In this document: positions 28,303 through 40,959 of the stretch, piece by piece
How the letters are laid out: the number at the start of each line of letters is the position of its first letter
How positions within the stretch are numbered: the stretch's first letter is position 1
From: Dipteris shenzhenensis
Taxonomy: Eukaryota
Assembly (NCBI GenBank): GCA_047967505.1
Contig: CM106538.1
Strand: one strand, 5' to 3'
DNA: 64,000 bases
Made by a program: the position numbers and the translations under genes
The notes under the pieces: model-generated
What the model was told of the DNA's origin: nothing
What the model saw: the letters and a program-made list of their open reading frames with translations, nothing else
The model's database searches: none

Positions 28303-31300
28303 TCAAATAAGAGCATTTACATCAACTGTTTCATCTTGAGCCAAGTCTAAGGCACCAAGCAAGTCTATCTCCAACTCTATACCGAGTTGATCTCCTATAT
28401 CATCATCGTACTCTAGCATCGTACATTCACCTAAAAGTATTTGATCATCTTCTTCAACAAAGCTTAAGTGTGGTGATTGATCTTGATGATTGTTGTCTTC
28501 TTCGTCAATATCGTGATCTCCATCCTCCTCCCATGCGATGTCATTATGCGCATCTTCCTCTTGGCTCATATGGTGATCTACATCTTCTTCGCTAAATTCA
28601 TCAATTGGATCCAGCATTGGTAGTGGCATCTCCATATCCACATCTCGATCTTCAAAAATTTGCTTACTTCGTGGTGCAACTTGGATCACGTACCACCATC
28701 TTGGATCAGAACGATCCGGATGAAAAACCACCTATATTGAAGATGGGTGCCAAATGTCGTCAATTATATATATGAAATTATGCTCAAGTACATGTATCAA
28801 TGGACTTTAAAAACGAAAGCTTCGACTAATTAAATCATTAGTATGCACCTGCTCACAGTGCTCGGGAAGAACAAAAGTATCACTTTCATTGGTCCAATCT
28901 TTGGTGGAGTCTATTGCAAAGAGACCGCTACTATCTTTTCTCACTATCGCATGGGGACCGTTCTAAGTAGTTCTAAACCATTTTACATCAAGAATGAAAA
29001 TAGTAAATCGTCTGAAATCAATTTCATAGATGTTGCATATGGTTCCACAATAATCCAACTGTGAGGAGAGAAGATTGGTATCTGAAGCACTTGCTCAGCT
29101 ATCTTGTGTGAAGTTAGCCATGAGTCCACAATCATACGTGACTCTCTTTGAATCGATGCATTCCACATGAAAATGTCGTCCATATGACCATAATGCACTG
29201 TACTTTTTGTACTGTAAAAGAGCATCATTAAAACAATGAAGATGCATCTATTTTATAGCATATATTGCCACAAATAATTACTTAATTATGTCAAGAGGTA
29301 AGAAACTTACATGCACCATACATCCAGATGATAACTCTCGCTCGCGCTCGTTTATTGTCTCTCCATCATGTTCGGCTTTACGTAGAGCCACAGTTGTAGC
29401 CAATCAAGTGACATGTGAGTAGGGAGAAGAGTCAGATCTCGTGGATATGGTTGTGATCGCTTGTACATTACTCTGAATCTCATCCTTGCATTTATTCTTT
29501 CTGCTTTGGCCACTTGCCATGCTTGCTTCCAGTCTTGCTCTTTGTCTTACAAACCCCTTTAAAGTTTTCATATCTCTCAATCCACTTCTACATCTCAGGG
29601 CTATTGAGGATACAAAACTTATTGAATTTCTCCATTTGCTCTTCGCTCATCTTTCTTTCAATCCCTTTTCCTTGGGGAACCTCGCCAACGATGCGATCAT
29701 CATCCTTGTTGTGCCAAGCTTGTGGCATATCAGGATCCGTGGATGCAAGAAACTCTGTGATATATACTAATGACTCTTGCACAAGCCATCCCTTTGCCAT
29801 GCTTGCTTCCAGTCTTGCTCTTTGTCTTACAAACCCCTTTAAAGTTTTCATAAACCGCTCGAGAAAAAACATCCATAGACTATGAACCGTACTTGCTATA
29901 GCCACCTCATCAACTATGTGCACAAGTAAGTGGACTTGAGTTGTCATAATGCTCGAGGGAAAGTGCTTCTCAAGCAAGCATACGGCTTCGATGGATTCCA
30001 CCCTAGCCTTCTCGATGCTCGATATAGAGATCTCTTTTTAAGATATCCACCTATTTCACATGTCCATGCATATGTAAGATATTTGAGATATCCAACTATT
30101 TCACATGTCCATGAAGAAAATACATAATGCAATTTGATAGTAAGCATACCTCACAATACCACAGATCTTGAATATAGCATTTCTAACATCTTCTTGTAAG
30201 CACCCTTTTATTGTAATTGGGAGGATGAACTCTCGGATGAACTATCAAAGCAACAATGAAGTCATGTCAACAATATAACATAATAATAATTACGCTAACA
30301 CATCACGATTATCGGTACACTAATTCTACTTAGAATACCTGTAAGACCTTGTGCCAATCATGGGACTTGAGGCCACTAAGCTTATTGTCCTTTGAAAATG
30401 CTCCTTTCAAGCAACGCATGTACCCTGTCGATGTTTGAAAAGAGGCAATGTCTGCCTTGACCGCTGCCTCCTCCCTCGTAGAAAGAATCCACGTTGCTTT
30501 CGGGAGGATAACTTTTCCTGAAGCATGCACTTGGGGCCACAAATGAGACATCCTATTCATAGCACGCAAGTCTTCTCGCACTCCTCTCGAGTCCTTGGAA
30601 CCAACCAAGTGTGCCCAAATAGTAGCCCCCACATTCTTGAAGATATGCATGGGATCCAAGAGATGATTGATTTGTAACTGACCCCAATAAGGAAGCTCAT
30701 GAAGGATCGATAGCCTCTTCATACCAGGAGGAGGTTCCTCTCCATTTGCCCTCCAAGGTTGAATCCAATCACTTGCCTTCAAATATGATGCTGGTGGATC
30801 AAGCTGACCTCCACGTGCGAGATGGTCGAGCGGAAGGTATCGAGCATGACCTTCATAAACATTTTTCCTCATATGTTTGGAGTAGCGTGCAAGCAATTTC
30901 AGAGCCGGTCCACAAACAGGACAAGCATGGTACCCACTTGTAACAAGTCTTGCATGCGTGCATGAATGTGTTAGTATAAGACATGCATGCAAAAGAGAGT
31001 TAAAAAAGCATAATCCCTCATTGTACATGTAAAGACACAACCACGTACCTGCGCACTCTCCATATCTTGGGTAGTCATGCATGGTCCACATCAAGATACC
31101 CCTGACCAAAATATCATTGGTATGTCTAGGAGCTCTGGAAATATCAAAGACCTGCACTCCTCTCCATGATATCTATAACTCCTCTATCAAAGGTGCCATG
31201 TACACGTCCATGTTTTTTGTCTTGTACTTTCTTGGCACAAGTAGTGCAAGCATGAGGTGTCCCTTTTTTATTGTTAGCCATGGTGGGATATTGTAATTCA

Positions 31301-32400
31301 CCACGACTATGGGACATGTCGACCAAGATGTCGAGCGTAACCCAAAAGGATTCATGCAGTCCATGGCTAGCCCAAGATGTAAGTTGCGTGGCTCCCTCGC
31401 AAAGTCTGGCCACTGATTATCTATGTGCTTCCAAGCTGCACAATCTGCGGGAATCCTCAATGTGTGATCAGTGTACCGATGAGATGCATGCCATATATGT
31501 CATCAACTCCGCTATGGATTTGCATCGGAACATGTGTTGTATTCTTGCAATGATGGGAAAGTGTCTCAAGACCTTTACCGGTATCCGCTCACCCTGCAAG
31601 TCATCTCTATATCATTGTTCCCCACACTTTGGACAACTAGCCAAATCTCCATGCTCACGACGAAAGAGAATACAATCATTACGGCAAGCATGGATGGTAT
31701 CATAATCCATACCCACCATTGTTAGCATCTTTTTCGCTTCATCTCTTGATGCGGGCATGGTATTTGGTGTAGGAAACATCTTTTGAGCAATCTATGACAA
31801 AGACACTATCCAAATAATGATTCTCAAAACAAACAATATCCAAATAATGAGTCAAATTAATGCAAGGGCTAACCTCATTAAGGCCGAGACACTTGTATCC
31901 GACCACCCATACTATACTTGTAGATTCAAGATTGAGAGACAAGCACGTAGTTTAGACATCCTAGCACCCTCTACAATTGTGTTGATTGCAACTCTCGCGT
32001 TTTGACCTCAGACTCTGACACCACGTGTACGTGGGATGTAGTGCCCCTAAAAATGGAATCCATCATGTCGACCATACCCTCATCGTCATTTGAGAGACTA
32101 TAGTCTTGCTGAAAGTGAGAAGGTATATGTGTACCCTCATCACCCTCCTCATCTTGTTTTAAGATTTCGTGTAAATATAAGATCTTCTATTTCTTAGTAT
32201 ACAATAAGATTGCGAACTTAAATAGCTTTGACTTACCGTGGTCCATCAACATGTGCAACACCAACGGGGGGTACTGGTTCCAGCTCCTCCCCATACATCC
32301 GCAAGTGGTGCATGATAATATGACGTTGATGTCATACTTCTCGCTTGCAATGAGTGCAATGACAGTATAACCTCTCCGTAAGCCACTTCGTGCTCCCGGG
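28303..32400 (-). pseudogene. CACTA TnpD/Tnp2 transposase with Transposase_21, DUF4218 and DUF4216-like regions, disrupted
   Basis: RNLHLGLAMDCMNPF, NYNIPPW, WTMHDYP, LLDPMHIFKN, GLKSHDWHK, VHLLVH...WMFFLER and PRWWYVIQ motifs spread over frameshifted, spliced ORFs. The 5' limit is approximate. Confidence 0.92.
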
Positions 32401-33329
32401 CATTGGCGCATCATCGGACGAGCTTCCACTCGGAGCTTCCACTCGTCCCTTCCATCTACACTTATAAAATCACAACATAAGCATGAAGAAGAGATATTAA
32501 CAGTTATAAAATAGCATGTTTGAGCTTCTTTTGATGCTACATAAAAAAAGTGACTATAAGCGTCACTATATAGTGACCTTTTCCTCTGTTCCATTGCTAT
32601 ATAGCGATGTTTTTAATTAAAAACGTCGCTATATAGCGACGCTGTGGGTTGAAACCCGAAACTCTAATCGCGCAGCATTTTCTTCATACTATTCCCTAAT
32701 CTCTCAAGTAAGCAAGCCAATATCTCCTCCCACCTATTTTCGACGACCTCCCACCTAGTTTAAGCAACCTCCCACTCTATTTTCCACTCCTCACCCTTCT
32801 CCTACCTCTTGTACTCCCTCTCTATCCTTTTCCCTCTTTGGTTTCTTGAAAGGAAGTTCTTCAAGAGGTGAGTTTGTTTTAACAATGTAGGTTGTTTGTT
32901 TGTTAGCTTTAGTTTTGTGAGTGTTTCTTCTTGTATTGCTAAACCTGTAAACTAGTTTTCATGCTTGTTTTGAAAGGATTAAAACAAAAAACGAGATTTC
33001 AAGAAAGAAAGAAAACTCACCTCTTTTTTCTGTATTTCTCTTCCTTCTCTTTCTCCTTGTCTCCTCAATCTCCTCCTTTCCTTGTCTCCTCAATCTTCTC
33101 CCTTCAAGAAGTTGCTTTTGTAATCTCCTCCTTCCACTAACATCTTATTTGAAAAAATGGGTTGTTTTCTCTCTTTTGTAGGGCCAGTCCACTACACCGA
33201 GCGGGACATACTATTTTAGGTAAGTGCTTCCTCTTTTTTCCATTTATTATTTTTGTTATTTGCATTGGCCTGCAGCTAGCACCTTAAGCGCTAGCTGCAG
33301 TGATGGGCGTAGGAACCCTCTCTTCCCCT

Positions 33330-35500
33330 CAAACTCTTTCCTTCTTCCCTCTTCTCTTTTTCTCTTTTTTCCCCCTTCTCTTTTTTCTCTCTTCTCTTAT
33401 TCTCTCTTTCCCCCTTCTCTATTTCCCCCTTCTCTCGTTTCCCTTCTCTCTTTCCTTTCCCTCTTATTCTCTATTTCCGCATAGCATGAGAGCATGAGCT
33501 TCTCTCTTTCCTCTTATGCTTCTCTCTTTCCCTTCTCTATTTCCCCCTTCTCTCATTCTCTATTTCCGCATAAGCTTATGCTTATGCTTCTCTCATTCCC
33601 CCTTCTCTCTTTCCCCCTTCTCTATTTCCCCCTTCTCTCATTCGCATAAGCTCATGCTCATGCATGAGCATAAGCATGAGCTTATGCTTATGCTAATGCT
33701 TAAGCATAAGTATAAGCATAAGCTCATGCTTATGCTCATGCATGAGCATGAGCTTATGCTTAAGTTTCCCCCTTCTCTATTTCTCTATTTCCGCATAAGC
33801 TTATGCTTATGCATGAGCTTATGTGGAAATAGAGAATGAGAGAAGCATAAGCTCATCTCTCATTCTCTATTTCTGCATAAGCTCATTCTCTATTTCCGTA
33901 TAAGCTCATGCTTATGCTTCTCTCATTCCCCCTCATCTCTTTCCCCCTTCTCTATTTCCCCCTTCTCTCATTCGCATAAGCTCATGCTCATGCATGAGCA
34001 TAAGCATGAGCTTATGCTTATGCTAATGCTTAAGCATAAGCATAAGCATAAGCATAAGCATAAGCTCATGCTTATGCTCATGCATGAGCATGAGCTTATG
34101 CTTAAGTTTCCCCCTTCTCTATTTCTCTATTTCCACATAAGCTTATGCTTATGCATGAGCTTATGCGGAAATAGAGAATGAGAGAAGCATAAGCTCATTC
34201 TCTATTTCCGCATAAGCTTCTCTCATTCTCTATTTCCGCATAAGCTCATTCTCTATTTCCGCATAAGCTCATGCTTCTCTCTTTCCCCCTTCTCTATTTC
34301 CCCCTTCTCTCATTCTCTATTTCCGCATAAGCTTATGCTTATGCATGAACTTATGCAGAAATAGAGAATGAGAGAAGCAACTTCTCCTTCTCTATTTTTG
34401 CATAAGCTCATTCTCTATTTCCGATTAAGCTTATGCTTATGCTTCTCTCTTTCCCCCTTCTCTATTTCCCCCTTCTCTATTTCCGCATAAGCCCATGCTT
34501 TAGCTTCTCTTTCCCCCTTCTCTATTTCCCCCTTCTCTCATTCTCTATTTCCACATAAGCTTATGCTTATGCATGAGCTTATGCGGAAATAGAGAATGAG
34601 AGAAGCATAAGCTCATCTCTATTTCCGCATAAGCTCATTCTCTATTTCCGCATAAGCTTATGCTTATGCTTCTCTCATTCCCCCTCATCTCTTTCCCCCT
34701 TCTCTCATTCGCATAAGCTCATGCATAAGCTTATATAGAGAAATAGAGAAGGGGGAAACTTAAGCATAAGCTCATGCTCATGCATAAGCATAAGCTCATG
34801 CTTATGCTCATGCATGAGCTCATTCTCTATTTCTGCATAAGCTCATTCTCTATTTCTGCATAAGCTCATGCTTATGCTTCTCTCATTCCCCCTTCTCTAT
34901 TTCTGCATAAGCTCATGCTTATGCTTCTCTCTTTCCCCCTTCTCTATTTCCCCCTTCTCTCATTCTCTATTTCCGCATAAGCTTATGCTTATACTTCTCT
35001 CATTCCTCCTCATCTCTTTCCCCCTTCTCTATATCCTCCTTCTCTCATTCGCATAAGCTCATGCTCATGCATGAGCATAAGCATGAGCTTATGCTTATGC
35101 TTATGCTTAAGCTCATTCTCTATTTCCGCATAAGCTTATGCTTATGCTTCTCTCATTTCCCCTTCTCTATTTCCCCCTTCTCTATTTCTGCATAAGCTCA
35201 TGCTTATGCTTCTCTCATTCCCCCTTATCGCTTTCCCCCTCATGCTTCTCTCATTCTTATGCTTATGCTTCTCTTTCCCCCTTCTCTATTTCCCCCTTCT
35301 CTCATTCTCTATTTCCGCATAAGCATAAGCATGAGCTTATTCTCTCTAACTCTTATTCTCTATTTCTCTCTTCTTCCTCTTCTCTTTTATTTCCCTCTTC
35401 TTTCCTTTCCCTCTTCTTTCCCTCTTTCCTTTCCCTCTTCTTTCCTTTCCTCTTCTTTCTTCTTGTCTATGCCTATGCCTATTCCTATGCTTATGTTTGT
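33330..35500. repeat. Complex microsatellite/foldback array inside the CACTA element (CT-rich units plus GCATAA/TTATGC and GCATGA/TCATGC hexamers)
   Basis: Repeated TTCTCTATTTCCCCC and GCATAAGCTTATGC modules, with short inverted segments. Confidence 0.9.
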
Positions 35501-35540
35501 TTTTTTGTTTTTTGTTTTCGTGTTTGTGTCTACGTTAGAC

Positions 35541-37090
35541 ATGGGATCACGTCGCTCATCCGATGAGTACGGACAGCCTCGCAGGAGAAGAGCTCATGAT
35601 CTTTATGCTCCAGAGGACTTTGATTCCTCTTAGGTGACTATCCCGAGGACTACCCCTGGTCCGACTCCTCTCGGACCTAGCACTATGACTACCCCTGGTC
35701 CGACTCCTCTTCCACGTAGCACTACGACTACCCCTCGAGGAACTCCTTTACTAGCCTCGCATGGCTTTGTCGGGAGTCTCGACGAGTTTGTAGCACAGAT
35801 GAGCGATGAGGAGGCAGTGAGATTCTTCTCTCTGCTATCTCAGAGGACCTCAGCTATTCCCTCCCCTACACTGACGGGTGGACGTACTGCCTAGCCGTCC
35901 CCTCATGCACCTTCGACCGTGGGATCATCACCTGCACATGCCTCTCACAAGGGAAGGAAGAGTAGGATGGGCGGCTCATGTTGTGCTGACTCGGGAGATG
36001 TAGATGAGTCAGCACACTCATGCTCCTTTAGGTCTCCACTTGGTCCAGAGACACAATATCAGTCAGGTCCCTTTCCCTCTCCTACTCCCACTGCTACTCC
36101 TCGCTCCGGAAGCACCCTTGCAGCTTCCACTCCTTCTAACTCTGCTACCGTCAGTCCTCCTTACTCATCAGGGGATCTCTCCTATCAAATCACATCTATC
36201 GGAGAGATAATAGAAGATAAAAAGGACAAAGAAGTGATGGCCACCATGAGGAGGTTGATGAGTCATCACTTCAAGAGCGGCATAAATATCGATTGGCGGT
36301 ATCAAGATGCCCAAAAGAAGCAAGTGGTCATCGATGAGTTAAAACAAAGATACCCTAATCCGCCAAATGTGGAGTTTAATGACGATTATATGTGAGAGCG
36401 CATGGGTTTGGTCTTGAAGCATCGTAGATCAACCTTGCGTACTTCCATCACAAAGGGGTTGGCTGAACCCAGCTGGGCAGACAAAGCTAATTGGAAGTAC
36501 TTCAAGAAGCAACATAGGGACCATCCCGAAATGTTCGAGGGTCAGAGGAGGGCTGCGAAGAGATGGCTAGACGTCATAGGTACTTCGCACTTTGGTGCAG
36601 GCGGACGGTATGCGTTCGAGACAACCATGGTAAGTCTACTTCTTCTCATTTAATGTATTGTTCTATTTGTTTTACTACATATTACATGCACTTTAGCTAA
36701 CTCTAACTCTCGTAAATTGGATCCACAGCAAGCTGTGATGGGTCGTCTTCCTACAGATGTAGAGACGCGATGCGCATTTCGATTAGGAACAAAGCCGTGG
36801 TTCATTGAGCAAGAGGCAATGGGAGTGACGGTCAATTGGGTTGAGGTGGCTACTCGCACGGTATAAGTTTACTCCTACTTGTAATCTCACTTTTTAATTT
36901 AAGTTCCAATCTAATTTTTAATTTATATGGTTCACTCTTAGGGTCAAAGCTCAAGCATCCCATCATCGGAGGCGAGCGATCAACAGGGCCAAGGATCAGA
37001 CGCAGGTGGCGAGGATGAGGGAGAAGATGCAAGTGTCGAGGACCAAGGAACAGGCCAACAAGATGAGGATGATTTGGATTCGAATGAGTA
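35541..37090 (+). pseudogene. CACTA second gene (TnpA-like), disrupted
   Basis: ATG at 35541; Ser/Thr/Pro-rich N-terminus; in-frame stops between ORFs 35634, 35919 and 36402; introns near 36630 and 36860. Lies divergent to the transposase inside the TIRs. Confidence 0.65.
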
Positions 37091-37520
37091 GTAGTGGTAG
37101 TAGCATTTTGTATATCCGCTCGTTTGAGCAATTTTGTATCACCCTTTCGAAAGGGTAATTTTGTTACAAACAATGTTGTATATGTCCAACATGTATATTC
37201 TTTTGTTGCTCATCATTTCACAAGAACGATTTTGTATCACCCTTTTCGCAAGGGAAATTTTGTTATAAAAAAACTTTGTTTTGTAATTACAAAAAAAAAA
37301 GGATTAGTGGGGCTAAACAGGGCAAAAGGAAGCCCTGTTTAGCCCCACTAACCCTTTTTTTAACTTCTGTTAATCGTCGCTATATAGCGACGTTTACCAG
37401 TGTCGCTATATAGCGACGATTAACAGTGTCTCTATATAGCGACGTTTTAGTGTCGCTATATAGCGACGTTTGCCAGTGTCACTATATAGCGATGCTTTAT
37501 GTGGCCTATGCCTTGTACTG

Positions 37521-37875
37521 AGTGTGATGCATATTCGTAAAAAAATATGCTCCTAGGTGTGTTATTTGAACAAGTACTTATGGGATGGGCACTCCACTTT
37601 GCATGGAAGTCAATACATCCTGGTTTTATGCATGTGCAAAGTATTGTGCCCATTAAATATGCTTTTCTTTGTTGATCAAGCATTAAACATTGTTTTTACC
37701 TTATATCATGCACATCCACAAAAAAAACATGGTCCTAGGTGTGTTATTCAAACAAGTACTTATGGGATGGGCATGCCACTTTGAATGCAAGTAAATACCA
37801 CTTGATTTGAGGCATGTTCAAAGTATTGTTCCCATCGGATATGCTTTGCATTGTCGATCAAGCATAAAACACCGA
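37521..37875. repeat. Continuation of the 182-bp satellite (about 2 monomers)
   Basis: Same monomer and same register as the array left of 27966. Confidence 0.9.
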
Positions 37876-37879
37876 GGTG

Positions 37880-40870
37880 GTGAGATACAAATATGTCCAC
37901 TACACTTCCATCATTTTTCATCCTCTTGAAGTGTCCATGAGGAGATGCTTGAAGTGTGCATTGCATGTGAGCATGGAGAGTTGACTTATGAAGCTCCTTT
38001 GTTTGTCTCGAGAAAGTCAAAGGTAATGGATAAGGAGTTGACTGCAAGGATGTGGAGGCCTCTAAAGTACCTACCTGACAAGTATGCATCCATGACAGCC
38101 CATAAACTTTTAAAGAAAGAATCGTTTTTTGGAAAGAAAGAAAAAGACCACTGCTTGGAGGAATGCATCAATGTATAGGTGAGGCGTGATGCAACGAATA
38201 GTGCCATTAAGTATTTGTTAATAGAGAAAGACATCCCACTTAGTCATTGTAACATTGACTATAATGTTGTCAAGCATATAGTGTCTTTGTCAACAACCAA
38301 GATAAAGCTATGGGCAAACAAGTGGATAAAAAAGGATGAAGATGGGTCACAAGTAGTAACCTCTTATATGAGAAAAGAAATCCCACAACATGTGGTTGCA
38401 TATGTGGAAAGATTGATCAATGAGATAAGGATGCCAATGAATATGCACCAAAGCTTTCAGTTCAGTGTAGAGGTTACATCAGAGTCTAGAAAGCTTGTGG
38501 ACTACAGGGGAGTTTCAGAAGATGACTTCATCAAGAATGAGTCAACATGGGACAAGCCACAACTATTCTTCATCAATGAAGTCTCTAGTGATGAGATCCA
38601 TAACTTCATTGATAGAATAGTATATACTACCATTAGCAAAGTGACAATTTGCAACATTGACATTTGTGTTGATAAACAAGACAAAGAAGCCATGTAGGTT
38701 ACTCTAGAGCGAGCATATTCTTCAGCTTTTAAGATCTATAGTGCTGTGTTTATGCAACAAAGAGAGGCAAGAGAGAATGTGGCATAGCGATTCAATATCT
38801 TGAATCATTCTTCTTGTGTATGCGGAGTCCCAAGCTTGATCACTCCCTACAAAAGAACATAAGAGGGAATTCAAAAAGTTTTCAATTGATGCTAAAAGAG
38901 CAAGATATTCCCGCATCCATACATTATCAAAAAAACAACTATGGAAGTCTTGTAAAAAGTGGGACTCTCCTGCTTACCATGGTGGAGACAATTCTTTTTC
39001 GATAGGTTAGGAGGTCACCTTGTGTAGGGTGGGATATTTCTTTAAGGATCTCCTCAGAAAAGGAAACTCCATAAATATTATTGAAAACAAGCATTTCATG
39101 GCCTATTTTCAACTTCAAGTGGATCTAACCCCACAGATTATGAAAAAGAGGTAGAGCACAAGGAGACTGATGACATGGATGATGACCTCAAAGATCATAA
39201 TGTCCCACATGATGATGATGAAGAAATGAACTAGCATGACCTGATCAGAGAGAGTTTGGTGGATGAAGAGAAAGATGATGATGCCTTCCATGATAATTAT
39301 GGCTCGCAGGGTTATGTGAAAAGGCCACAATGATAATACTTAGTGGTATGAACTCTCTATTTCTCAATCAAATATCATTTTTTAAATAATATTTAACTTT
39401 AAAGATAATGAATCTAATCTTTCATGTTTGTTTGCAGGCAATAGAGGGAGAAGAAATGGATGAAGTCAATATGGAGGCACTCCTTTCTACTTTAGTAGTG
39501 CAATCACCTCTAACTTTGGTTAAAGAATCCCATGAGTAGAAGAGCCTTAAAGACATGATAAAAAAGCAGAATAACCACAAACATAGAATACAAGCTATGA
39601 CACAAACCCATTCTGCAAATTTGGCTGCATTGGATAAAATGGAAAGCTCGTTTGAAGTTAGGGCCATTTTGAAACAAGAAGCTCAATATTTGAGATTTGG
39701 TAGAGAGGAGGTTTCAATCCTCTCCAAATAGGTTAATGACAATGCTATCTTGGCCATCCTCAAGTTTGATACTATCTTTTTTTTAATTGCTACTTCAATC
39801 TTTTAATTAAATCTAATGATCTAACATTTGTTTATTTGTTGGTGCAGTGTAGTTATATCTCAGTTTCATAGTGCAGTGTAGAATCATGTCTACATACTCG
39901 ATTCCCTCCTTTCTTCTAGTCTTAGCTCTTCTTAAAAGATGATACAAGAAGTTTGTACCTGATTAAACCCTTTAAATTTAGATGGAGTGCGAGTCATCAT
40001 TCTGCCGTATCATGAGGAGTAAGTATCAACTCCAACCTTATTTTTACTATTTCTTTGGCAAGATTGTGTTAAACAATCATCATTTTTAATCTGGTCATGT
40101 AGCTCACATTGGAGTCTAATTGCTTGGGACCTTGAAGTCGATCGTTTGTGGTTTGTGAATTCAATGGCAAGCTATCATGCCAACTCCCCAAGGAAACTAT
40201 TCTCTTAATATTTTTGTTACTTTCATATTTTGTATCTTATGATCATGACATATTAATTTCTTTCATATGTCATGATGGACAGTGCTGCATATCGGCTAGT
40301 ATCTACTATCAGAACAACCAAGGAGCAACAAGACCAAGTAGAATTCAAAAAAATAACATGTAGCAACAAGACCAAATAGAATTCAAATAACATGTACCAG
40401 TGGAGCAAAAAGATGGGCATAGCTGTGGGTGGTCGTGTAGCTCACATTGGAGTCTAATCACTTGGGACCTTGAAGTCAACCATTTGTCATTTGTGAATTC
40501 AATCGCAAACTATCATGCCAACTCCCCAAGGTAACTGTTCTCTTAATATTTTTGTTACTTTCTTATTTTGTATCTTATGATCACGACATATTAATTTCTT
40601 TCATATGTCATGATGGACAGTGCTGCATATCAGCTAGTATCTACTATCAGATCAACCAGGGAGCAACAAGACCAAGTAGAATTCAAACAACATCTACCAG
40701 TGGAGCAAAAAGATGGGCATAGTTGTGGGTGGAGAGTTGCCTACAACTGCATGTTGTTCCTTAGTGAAATTTTTTATTTGGAGTCACCAGTTAAAATGGA
40801 ATCATATACAGAGGACAATCTACTAGCCGGGCTGATTCCTCAGGGGTTTCAACTCCCAACATTTTAGTGT
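37880..40870 (+). pseudogene. TE-borne gene remnant ending in a Ulp1-like (peptidase C48) domain
   Basis: VIILPYH, SHWSLIAWD and QKDGHSCGW motifs across exons ~39990-40870. The His/Cys exon pair is tandemly duplicated (~40097-40432 vs ~40435-40770). Upstream ORFs are unassigned. Confidence 0.7.
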
Positions 40871-40959
40871 ACCATGTGCATTCAAAAGGAAGGGATATTG
40901 GTTGTCATGCTAATTCATCATCCGTAAACCAATGATACTTGACTTATTCATGGATATTT

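Larger units (their letters stand above)
27967..37520. mobile_element. Full-length CACTA (En/Spm) element inserted in the satellite
   Basis: Termini CACTAC...GTACTG (1 mismatch). 3-bp TSD AGT at 27964-27966 and 37521-37523; removing the element restores the satellite monomer CCTCAGTGTGATGC. Subterminal GTCGCTATATAGCGAC palindromes at both ends. Confidence 0.92.

Noticed and set aside
33224-35633. Hydrophobic and 'LMLMHKH' ORFs
   Set aside because: Translations of microsatellite sequence.
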